In this document: in pieces, positions 13,401 through 25,664 of the stretch
Position numbering within the stretch: position 1 is the first letter of the stretch
How the letters are laid out: every line of letters starts with the position of its first letter
Source: Oikopleura dioica
Lineage: Eukaryota > Animalia > Chordata
Assembly (NCBI GenBank): GCA_907165135.1
Contig: CAJRAX010000010.1
Location: 4,434-68,433, forward strand
DNA length: 64,000 bases
Direction of reading: 5' to 3'
The notes under the pieces: generated by a model
Seen by the model: only the letters and a program-made list of their open reading frames with translations
The model's database searches: none
What the model was told of the DNA's origin: nothing
Translations under genes and position numbers: made by a program

Positions 13401-16400
13401 ATTTTTATGAACTGTAAATTATCTGAAAACGCCAAAAAACGCATCAGAATTTTTTTTTTTTTTTTTTTATTTTTATGAACTGTAAATCATCTGAAAACGC
13501 CAAAAAACGCATCAGAATTTCCTTAATTTTTTTCGATTTTTTTGAACTGTAAATTATCTGAAAACGCAAAAAAACGCATCAGAATTTTTTTTATTTTTTT
13601 TCGATTTTTATGAACTGTAAATCATCTGAAAACGCCAAAAAATCCATCAGAATTTTAATTAATTTTTTTTGTATTTTTATGAACTGTAAATCATCTGAAA
13701 ACGCCAAAAAACGCATCAGAATTTTTTTTATTTTTTTTTTATTTTTATGAAATGTAAATCATCTGAAAACGCCAAAAACGCATCAGAATTTTTTTTTTTT
13801 TTTTTTTTTTATGAAGTGTAAATCATCTGGAAACGCCAAAAACGCATCAGAATTTTTTCTATTTTTTCATTTTTATGAACTGTAAATCATCTGAAAACGC
13901 CAAAATACGCATCGGAAATTATATTCATTTTTTTTTTATTTTTATGAACTGTAAATCATCTGAAAACGCCAAAAAACGCATCAAAATTTTTTTAATTTTT
14001 TTTCGATTTTTTTGAACTGTAAATTATCTGAAAACGCAAAAAAACGCATCAGAATTTTTTTTATTTTTTTTTTATTTCTATGAACTGTAAATCATCTGAA
14101 AACGCCAAAAAACGCATCAGAATTTTTCTTTATTTTTTTTTATATTTTTATGAACTGAAAATCATCTGAAAACGCCAAAATACGCATCAGAATTTTTATT
14201 AATTTTTTATTTTTATGAACTGTTAATCATCTGAAAACGCCAAAAACGCATCAGAATTTTTTATTTTTTCGATTTTTTGAACTGTAAATTATCTGAAAAC
14301 GCCAAAAAACGCATCAGAATTTTTTTTTATTTTTTTTATTTTTATGAACTGTAAATCATCTGAAAACGCCAAAAAACGCATCAGAATTTTTTTTAATTTT
14401 TTTTATATTTTTATGAACTGTAAATCATCTGAAAACGCCAAAAAACGCATCAGAATTTTTATTAATTTTTTTTCATTTTTATGAACTGTAAATCATCTGA
14501 AAACGCCAAAAAACGCATCAGAATTTCTTTAATTTTTTTTATTTTTATGAACTGTAAATCATCTGAAAACGCCAAAAAACGCATCAGAATTTTTTTAATT
14601 TTTTATTTTTATGAACTGTAAATCATCTGAAAACGCCAAAAAACGCATCAGAATTTTTCTTAATTTTTTCGTTTATTTTTATGAACTGTAAATTATCTGA
14701 AAACGCCAAAAAACGCATCAGAATTTTTTTTTTTTTTTTTTATTTTTTTGAACTGTAAATTATCTGAAAACGCAAAAAAAACGCATCAGAATTTCTATTA
14801 ATTTTTTTTTTTTATTTAAATGAACTGTTAATCATCTGAAATTGCCAAAAAACGCATCAGAATTTTTCTTAATTTTTTCGATTTTTCTGAACTGTAAATT
14901 ATCTGAAAACGCCAAAAAACGCATCAGAATTTTTCTTATTTTTTTATATTTTTATGAACTGTAAATCATCTGAAAACGCCAAAAACGCATCAGAATTTTT
15001 ATTAATTTTTTTATATTTTTATGAACTGTAAATTATCTGAAAACGCCAAAAACGCATCAGAATTTTTTTATTTTTTTGTTATTTTAATGAACTGTAAATC
15101 ATCTGAAAACGCCAAAAACGCATCAGATTTTTTATTAATTTTTTATTTTTATGAACTGTAAATCATCTGAAAACGCCAAAAACGCATCAGAATTTTTATT
15201 AATTTTTTCGATTTTTTTGAACTGTTAATTATCTGAAAACGCCAAAAACGCATCAGAATTTTTATTAATTTTTTATTTTTATGAACTGTAAATCATCTGA
15301 AAACGCCAAAAACGCATCAGAATTTTTTTAAATTTTTTATATTTTTTGAACTGTAAATTATCTGAAAACGCCAAAAACGCATCAGAATTTTTATTAATTT
15401 TTTATTTTCATGAACTGTAAATCATCTGAAAACGCCAAAAAACGCATCAGAATTTTTCTTAATTTTTTTATTTTTATGAACTGTAAATCATCTGAAAACG
15501 CCAAAAAACGCATCAGAATTTCCTTAATTTTTTCGATTTTTTGAACTGTAAATTATCTGAAAACGCAAAAAAACGCATCAGAATTTTTATTAATTTTTTA
15601 TTTTTATGAACTGTAAATCATCTGAAAACGCCAAAACGCATCAGAATTTTTATTTATTTTTTATTATTTTTATGAACTGTAAATCATCTGAAAACGCCAA
15701 AAACGCATCAGAATTTTTTTTATTTTTTTTTTATTTTTATGAAATGTAAATCATCTGAAAACGCCAAAAAACGCATCAGAATTTTTCTTCTTTTTTTTAT
15801 TTTTATGAACTGTAAATCATCTGGAAACGCCAAAAACGCATCAGAATTTTTTTTTTTTTTCATTTTGATGAACTGTAAATCATCTGAAAACGCCAAAGAA
15901 CGCATCAGAATTTTTTTATTTTTTCGATTTTTTTGAACTGTAAATTATCTGAAAACGCCAAAAACGCATCAGAGAATTTTTTTAATTTTTTTTATTTTTA
16001 TGAACTGTAAATCATCTGAAAACGCCAAAAACGCATCAGAATTTCCTTAATTTTTTCGATTTTTTGAACTGTAAATTATCTGAAAACGCAAAAACGCATC
16101 AGAATTTTTTTTTATTTTTTCGATTTTTATGAACTGTAAATCATCTGAAAACGCCAAAAATCCATCAGAATTTTAATTAATTTTTTTTTTATTTTTATGA
16201 ACTGTAAATCATCTGAAAACGCCAAAAACGCATCAGAATTTTTTTATTTTTTTTATTTTTATGAACTGTAAATCATCTGAAAACGCCAAAAACGCATCAG
16301 AATTTTTCTTAATTTTTTTTATTTTTATGAACTGTAAATCATCTGAAAACGCCAAAAACGCATCAGAATTTTTTTATTTTTTTTTCATTTTTATGAACTG

Positions 16401-19400
16401 TAAATCATCTGAAAACGCCAAAAACGCATCAGAATTTATATTCATTTTTTTTATTTTTATGAACTGTAAATCATCTGAAAACGCCAAAAACGCATCAGAA
16501 TTTTTTTAATTTTTTATATTTTTATGAACTGTAAATCATCTGAAAACGCCAAAAACGCATCAGAATTTTTCTTAATTTTTTTTTATTTTTATGAACTGTA
16601 AATCATCTGAAAACGCCAAAAACGCATCAGAATTTTTCTTCTTTTTTTATTTTATGAACTGTAAATCATCTGAAAACGCCAAAAAACGCATCAGAATTTT
16701 TTTTTTTTTCATTTTTTTGAACTGTAAATCATCTGTAACCGCCAAAAACGCATCAGAATTTTTTTATTTTTTCGATTTTTTTGAACTGTAAATTATCTGA
16801 AAACGCCAAAAACGCATCAGAATTTTTATTAATTTTTTATTTTTATGAACTGTAAATCATCTGAAAACGCCAAAAACGCATCAGAATTTTTTTTAATTTT
16901 TTATATTTTTTGAACTGTAAATTATCTGAAAACGCCAAAAACGCATCAGAATTTTTCTTAATTTTTTTTATTTTTATGAACTGTAAATCATCTGAAAACG
17001 CCAAAAACGCATCAGAATTTCCTTAATTTTTTCGATTTTTTGTACTGTAAATTATCTGAAAACGCAAAAAAACGCATCAGAATTTTTATTAATTTTTTTT
17101 TTTATTTTTATGAACTGTAAATCATCTGAAAACGCCAAAAAATCCATCAGAATTTTTATTTATTTTTTTTTATTATTTTTATGAACTGTAAATCATCTGA
17201 AAACGCCAAAAAACGCATCAGAGTTTTTTTTTATTTTTTTTTATTTTTATGAACTGTAAATCATCTGAAAACGCCAAAAAACGCATCAGAATTTTTTTTA
17301 TTTTTTTTCGATTTTTTTGAACTGTAAATTATCTGAAAACGCCAAAAACGCATCAGAATTTTTTTAATTTTTTTTTATTTTTATGAACTGTAAATCATCT
17401 GAAAACGCCAAAAACGCATCAGAATTTCCTTAATTTTTTCGATTTTTTTGAACTGTAAATTATCTGAAAACGCAAAAAAACGCATCAGAATTTTTATTAA
17501 TTTTTTTTTTTATTTTTATGAACTGTAAATCATCTGAAAACGCCAAAAACGCATCAGAATTTTAATTAATTTTTTTTATTTTTATGAACTGTAAATCATC
17601 TGAAAACGCCAAAAACGCATCAGAATTTTTTTATTTTTTTTTATTTTTATGAACTGTAAATTATCTGAAAACGCCAAAAACGCATCAGAATTTTTTTAAT
17701 TTTTTTTTATTTTTATGAACTGTAAATCATCTGAAAACGCCAAAAACGCATCAGAATTTCCTTAATTTTTTCGATTTTTTTGAACTGTAAATTATCTGAA
17801 AACGCAAAAACGCATCAGAATTTTTTTATTTTTTTTCGATTTTTATGAACTGTAAATCATCTGAAAACGCCAAAAACGCATCAGAATTTTAATTAATTTT
17901 TTATTTTTATGAACTGTAAATCATCTGAAAACGCCAAAAACGCATCAGAATTTTTTTTATTTTTTTTATTTTTATGAACTGTAAATCATCTGAAAACGCC
18001 AAAAACGCATCAGAATTTTTCTTCTTTTTTTTATTTTTATGAACTGTAAATCATCTGAAAACGCCAAAAACGCATCAGAATTTTTTTATTTTTTTTCATT
18101 TTTATGAACTGTAAATCATCTGAAAACGCCAAAAAACGCATCAGAATTTATATTCATTTTTTTATTTTTATGAACTGTAAATCATCTGAAAACGCCAAAA
18201 ACGCATCAGAATTTTTTAATTTTTTTTTATTTTTATGAACTGTAAATCATCTGAAAACGCCAAAAACGCATCAGAATTTTTCTTAATTTTTTTTTATTTT
18301 TATGAACTGTAAATCATCTGAAAACGCCAAAAACGCATCAGAATTTTTCTTCTTTTTTTTTTATATTATGAAGTGTAAATCATCTGGAAACACCAAAAAA
18401 CGCATCAGAATTTTTTCATTTTTTGAACTGTAAATCATCTGAAAACGCCAAAAACGCATCAGAATTTTTTTAATTTTTTTTATTTTTATGAACTATAAAT
18501 CATCTGAAAACGCCAAAAAACGCATCAGAATTTTTTTTAATTTTTTTTATATTTTTTTGTACTGTAAATTATCTGAAAACGCAAAAAAACGCATCAGAAT
18601 TTTTATTAATTTTTTTTTTTATTTTTATGAACTGTAAATCATCTGAAAACGCCAAAAAATCCATCAGAATTTTTATTTATTTTTTTTATTTTTATGAACT
18701 GTAAATCATCTGAAAACGCCAAAAAACGCATCAGAATTTTTTTTTATTTTTTTTATTTTTATGAACTGTAAATCATCTGAAAACGCCAAAAACGCATCAG
18801 ATTTTTTTTATTTTTTTCGATTTTTTTGAACTGTAAATCATCTGAAAACGCCAAAAAACGCATCAGAATTTTTATTAATTTTTTATTTTTATGAACTGTA
18901 AATCATCTGAAAACGCCAAAAACGCATCAGAATTTTTTTTATTTTTTTATATTTTTTGAACTGTTAATTATCTGAAAACGCCAAAAAACGCATCAGAATT
19001 TTTTTTAATTTTTTTTTTCATTTTTATGAACTGTAAATCATCTGAAAACGCCAAAAAACGCATCAGAATTTCCTTAATTTTTTTCGATTTTTTTGAACTG
19101 TAAATTATCTGAAAACGCAAAAAAACGCATCAGAATTTTTATTAATTTTTTTTTTTATTTTTATGAACTGTAAATCATCTGAAAACGCCAAAAAACGCAT
19201 CAGAATTTTTTTTTATTTTTTTTATTTTTATGAACTGTAAATCATCTGAAAACGCCAAAATACGCATCAGAATTTTTTTTTTTTTTTTTATTTTTATGAA
19301 CTTTAAATCATCTGAAAACGCCAAAAAACGCATCAGAATTTTTTTATTTTTTTTCGATTTTTTGAACTGTAAATTATCTGAAAACGCCAAAAACGCATCA

Positions 19401-22400
19401 GAATTTTTTTAATTTTTTTTTATTTTTATGAACTGTAAATCATCTGAAAACGCCAAAAACGCATCAGAATTTCCTTAATTTTTTCGATTTTTTTGAACTG
19501 TAAATTATCTGAAAACGCCAAAAACGCATCAGAATTTTTATTAATTTTTTTTTATTTTTATGAACTGTAAATCATCTGAAAACGCCAAAAACGCATCAGA
19601 ATTTTAATTAATTTTTTTTTATTTTTATGAACTGTAAATCATCTGAAAACGCCAAAAAACGCATCAGAATTTTTTTTAATTTTTTTTTATTTTTTTATGA
19701 ACTGTAAATCATCTGAAAACGCAAAAAAACGCATCAGAATTTTTTTTTTTTTATTTTTATGAACTGTAAATCATCTGAAAACGCCAAAAAACGCATCAGA
19801 ATTTTTTTTATTTTTTTTTCATTTTTATGAACTGTAAATCATCTGAAAACGCCAAAATACGCATCAGAATTTTTATTCATTTTTTTTTTATTTTTATGAA
19901 CTGTAAATCATCTGAAAACGCCAAAAAACGCATCAGAATTTTTTTAATTTTTTTTCGATTTTTTTGAACTGTAAATTTTGAATTGTAAATCATCTGAAAA
20001 CGCCAAAAAACGCATCAGAATTTTTCTTAATTTTTTCGTTTATTTTTATGAACTGTAAATTATCTGAAAACGCCAAAAACGCATCAGAAATTTTTTAATT
20101 TTCTTTTATTTTTTTGAACTGTAAATTATCTGAAAACGCGAAAAACGCATCAGAATTTCTATTAATTTTTTTATTTTTATGAACTGTAAATCATCTGAAA
20201 TTGCCAAAAAACGCATCAGAATTTTTCTTTATTTTTTTCGATTTTTCTGAACTGTAAATTATCTGAAAACGCCAAAAAACGCATCAGAATTTTTCTTAAT
20301 TTTTTATATTTTTATGAACTGTAAATCATCTGAAAACGCCAAAAAACGCATCAGAATTTTTATTAATTTTTTTTTTTATTTTAATGAACTGTAAATAATC
20401 TGAAAACGCCAAAAAACGCATCAGAATTTTTTAATTTTTTTTTATTTTTATGAACTGTAAATCATCTGAAAACGCCAAAAAACGCATCAGAATTTTTTAT
20501 TTTTTTTTTATTTTTATGAACTGTAAATCATCTGAAAACGCCAAAAAACGCATCAGAATTTTTCTTAATTTTTTCGTTTATTTTTATGAACTGTAAATCA
20601 TCTGAAAACGTCAAAAAACTTATCAGAATTTTTCTTAATTTTTTTTATATTTTTAAGAACTGTAAACCATCTGAAAACGCCAAAAAACGCATCAGAATTT
20701 ATATTTATTTTTTTTCTATTTTTATGAACTGTAAATCATCTGAAAACGCAAAAAAAACGCATCAGAATTTTTAATTAATTTTTTTTTTTATTTTTATGAA
20801 CTGTAAATCATCTGAAAACGCCAAAAAACGCATCAGAATTTTTATTAATTTTTTTTTATATTTTTATGAACTGTAAATCATCTGAAAACGCCAAAAAACG
20901 CATCAGAATTTTTCTTAATTTTTTCGATTTTTTGAACTGTAAATTATCTGAAAACGCCAAAAACGCATCAGAATTTTTTAATTTTTTTTTATTTTTTTGA
21001 ACTGTTAATTATCTGAAAACGCAAAAACGCATCAGAATTTCTATTAATTTTTTATTTTTATGAACTGTAAATCATCTGAAAACGCCAAAAACGCATCAGA
21101 ATTTTTTTTTTTTTTTTCATTTTTATGAACTGTAAATTATCTGAAAACGCCAAAAACGCATCAGAATTTTTTTATTTTTTTTATTTTTATGAACTGTAAA
21201 TCATCTGAAAACGCCAAAAACGCATCAGAATTTCCTTAATTTTTTCGATTTTTTGAACTGTAAATTATCTGAAAACGCAAAAAACGCATCAGAATTTTTT
21301 TTATTTTTTTCGATTTTTATGAACTGTAAATCATCTGAAAACGCCAAAAACGCATCAGAATTTTTTTATTTTTTTATTTTTATGAACTGTAAATCATCTG
21401 AAAACGCCAAAAACGCATCAGAATTTTTCTTCTTTTTTTATTTTTATGAAGTGTAAATCATCTGAAAACGCCAAAAACGCATCAGAATTTTTTTTTTTTT
21501 TTTCATTTTTATGAACTGTAAATCATCTGAAAACGCCAAAATACGCATCAGAATTTATATTCATTTTTTTTTTATTTTTATGAACTGTAAATCATCTGAA
21601 AACGCCAAAAAACGCATCAAAATTTTTTTATTTTTTCGATTTTTTTGAACTGTAAATTATCTGAAAACGCAAAAAAACGCATCAGAATTTTTTTTTTTTT
21701 TATTTTTATGAACTGTAAATCATCTGAAAACGCCAAAAAACGCATCAGAATTTTTTTTATTTTTTTTTTATTTTTTTGAACTGTAAATTATCTGAAAACG
21801 CCAAAATACGCATCAGAATTTTTATTAATTTTTTATTTTTATGAACTGTAAATCATCTGAAAACGCCAAAAACGCATCAGAATTTTTTTTATTTTTTCGA
21901 TTTTTTGAACTGTAAATTATCTGAAAACGCCAAAAACGCATCAGAATTTTTTTTATTTTTTTATTTTTATGAACTGTAAATCATCTGAAAACGCCAAAAA
22001 CGCATCAGAATTTTTCTTAATTTTTTTATATTTTTATGAACTGTAAATCATCTGAAAACGCCAAAAACGCATCAGAATTTTTGTTAATTTTTTCATTTTT
22101 ATGAACTGTAAATCATCTGAAAACGCCAAAAAACGCATCAGAATTTCTTTAATTTTTTTTATTTTTATGAACTGTAAATCATCTGAAAACGCCAAAAAAC
22201 GCATCAGAATTTTTTTTAATTTTTTATTTTTATGAATTGTAAATCATCTGAAAACGCCAAAAAACGCATCAGAATTTTTCTTAATTTTTTCGTTTATTTT
22301 TATGAAATGTAAATCATTTGAAAACGCCAAAAAACGCATCAGAATTTTTTATTTTTTTTTAATTTTTTGAACTGTAAATTATCTGAAAACGCAAAAAACG

Positions 22401-24319
22401 CATCAGAATTTCTATTAATTTTTTATTTAAATGAACTGTAAATCATCTGAAAACGCCAAAAACGCATCAGAATTTTTCTTAATTTTTTCGATTTTTCTGA
22501 ACTGTAAATTATCTGAAAACGCCAAAAACGCATCAGAATTTTTCTTAATTTTTTTATATTTTTATGAACTGTAAATCATCTGAAAACGCCAAAAACGCAT
22601 CAGAATTTTTATTAATTTTTTTATATTTTTATAAACTGTAAATTATCTGAAAACGCCAAAAAACGCATCAGAATTTTTTTTTTATTTATTTTTGTTATTT
22701 AAATGAACTGTAAATCATCTGAAAACGCCAAAAAACGCATCAGAATTTTTATTAATTTTTTTTATTTTTATGAACTGTAAATCATCTGAAAACGCCAAAA
22801 AACGCATCAGAATTTTTATTAATTTTTTTCGATTTTTTTGAACTGTTAATTATCTGAAAACGCCAAAAAACGCATCAGAATTTTTATTAATTTTTTTATT
22901 TTTATGAACTGTAAATCATCTGAAAACGCCAAAAAACGCATCAGAATTTTTTTAATTTTTTTATATTTTTTTGAACTGTAAATTATCTGAAAACGCCAAA
23001 AAACGCATCAGAATTTTTCTTAATTTTTTTTTATTTTCATGAACTGTAAATCATCTGAAAACGCCAAAAACGCATCAGAATTTTTCTTAATTTTTTCTTT
23101 ATTTTTATGAACTGTAAATCATCTGAAAACGCCAAAAACGCATCAGAATTTCCTTAATTTTTTCGATTTTTTTGAACTGTAAATTATCTGAAAACGCCAA
23201 AAACGCATCAGAATTTTTTTTATTTTTTTTATTTTTATGAACTGAAAATCATCTGAAAACGCCAAAAAACGCATCAGAATTTTTTTATTTTTTTTATTTT
23301 TATGAACTGTAAATCATCTGAAAACGCAAAAAACGCATCAGAATTTTTCTTCTTTTTTTATTTTTATGAACTGTAAATCATCTGAAAACGCCAAAAACGC
23401 ATCAGAATTTTTTTTTTTCATTTTTATGAACTGTAAATCATCTGAAAACGCCAAAAAACGCATCAGAATTTTCTTTATTTTTTTCGATTTTTTTGAACTG
23501 TAAATTATCTGAAAACGCCAAAAACGCATCAGAATTTTTTTTTAATTTTTTCATTTTTATGAACTGTAAATCATCTGAAAACGCCAAAAACGCATCAGAA
23601 TTTTTTTTATTTTTTTATTTTTATGAACTGTAAATCATCTGAAACGCCAAAAACGCATCAGAATTTTTCTTAATTTTTTCGTTTATTTTTATGAACTGTA
23701 AATCATCTGAAAACGTCAAAAACGCATCAGAATTTTTTTTAATTTTTTTTTATATTTTTATGAACTGTAAATCATCTGAAAACGCCAAAAAACGCATCAG
23801 AATTTATATTTATTTTTTTCTATTTTTATGAACTGTAAATCATCTGAAAACGCAAAAAAAACGCATCAGAATTTTTAATTAATTTTTTTTATTTTTATGA
23901 ACTGTAAATCATCTAAAAACGCAAAAAAACGCATCAGAATTTTTTTTTAATTTTTTTTTTTATTTTTTTGAACTGTTAATCATCTGAAAACGCCAAAAAC
24001 GCATCAGAATTTTTCTTAATTTTTTCGATTTTTTTGAACTGTAAATTATCTGAAAACGCCAAAAACGCATCAGAATTTTTTTAATTTTTTATTTTTTGAA
24101 CTGTAAATTATCTGAAAACGCAAAAACGCATCAGAATTTTTCTATTAATTTTTTATTTTTATGAACTGTAAATCATCTGAAAACGCCAAAAACGCATCAG
24201 AATTTTTTTATTTTTTTTTCATTTTTATGAACTGTAAATCATCTGAAAACGCCAAAAACGCATCAGAATTTTTTTTTATTTTTTTTTTTTATTTTTATGA
24301 ACTGTAAATCATCTGAAAA
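1431..24319 (+). repeat. Subtelomeric tandem satellite, ~55-62 bp monomer (main block)
   Basis: Hundreds of head-to-tail copies of TGAACTGTAAAT(C/T)ATCTGAAAACGCCAAAAAACGCATCAGAA plus a T-rich spacer. Confidence 0.98.
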
Positions 24320-25615
24320 TGATACGGAAGCGGCTGTCCTGCAAGAATTTTGCTCGATCTCTAACTCTAGAATGCCAAGCCAAAACAACGAGAATTAAAT
24401 TTAAAATTTGCGTGGTTTTATTTGTGATTTGAATGACGGAAAAAGGCGCGACGCGGGGTTAAATAGCAGCGAGATTCGATCAGTGTTTTTGAACAAGCGG
24501 TTGTTTTTGAAAAACAATTTTTCTTTCGAAAACAAGGAAGAGAGCCCGTGGCTTCTTTTAGCGGTTTTTCTTGCGGGAAATCCTTTCGGATCGATTTCTT
24601 TTCGGAAGAGGAGCTGGTCGAACTTGCCAAGCAAGTTATTTTCAAAGGTTTTGGGAGCCGGCGCCGCGCGTGACGAGATAAAACGCAAATTAATTATTTT
24701 TTCATAATAAAAAGCAGAAAATAATAACAGCCACTTAAACTTCTCACTATGTGACCGTAGAAGTGACTGTTAATTATGATTGAAATAAAAAAGGATGAGA
24801 AAAGTTAAAGAATATATACAAAATTTTTACAAATAAATTGAATAAAATTTGGTCAGGATTTTATAAAATAAATTTATCAAAATTGAAATCATAGAAGAAG
24901 CAAATTCCAAGGAACATACCCGGGGGAAGTTACTGTCGCGGTTCGCACCGTATCTTCTCTTACGGATGAGCTAATTTGCGACAAGCGGACGCACTGACAG
25001 AGAGTTTGTCCGACCCCACGGCACCGAGATGATACGACGGTTTATCGGCTCGTTGGAGTAGTTGTTTTTGAAGAAGATGTTGACGGCTATCTTGTTGTAG
25101 AAGTTGAATCGTATGAACTGTCAATAATCGAACTTTAAAAATCGCAAAGCAATGACAAGAAATATCAAGAAATAAAATAAACATGCGGTTTTGCGAATTG
25201 CATATTTTTGGATGAATTGACGTCAGATCGCACTAGAATAGTCAGAAACGAATTAAGATTTTTTCCAAAGTATGCGTACATACACCTTAATCCTAGACTG
25301 AATGAACCCTTAATTAGTTTCCGACCCGTTGATTATGATGAGAGCATATGAGCATTCCAATGGTAAAACGTATAGATCGTAAGGAGATGACATGATGATA
25401 CGACAATTTTGGGTCAATCTGGCTCGTAAAAACTGACCATCTTTTCATTTTGAGTAGAATATCGTGAAATGATTTTTTGCAAATATGTCGGATCAATTTG
25501 GTGATACCAAGCTGACAAGACAAATTTAAACCAACGTAGAACCGAATTGGCGTAAATATTTGGCCGTGAAATAAAATTTTTATTTGGCTTGAGGCGTTGT
25601 TCCCTAAGGATATCA
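24320..25615 (-). repeat. 3' LTR of A2
   Basis: 1296 bp, TGATA...TATCA, direct repeat of 31228-32525. Confidence 0.96.
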
Positions 25616-25664
25616 CTGTGACCTTCCATGGGTCCCAAACGAGCATCTTTATCGCCTATCTTTT

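Noticed and set aside
15000-18500. Segments with systematically shorter A and T runs as a distinct satellite subfamily
   Set aside because: Only homopolymer lengths change while variant order is kept; more consistent with read or consensus bias
1431-24319. CRISPR-like layout (constant repeat plus variable spacer)
   Set aside because: Spacers are related T-runs rather than unique sequences, there are no cas genes, and the context is a eukaryotic telomere
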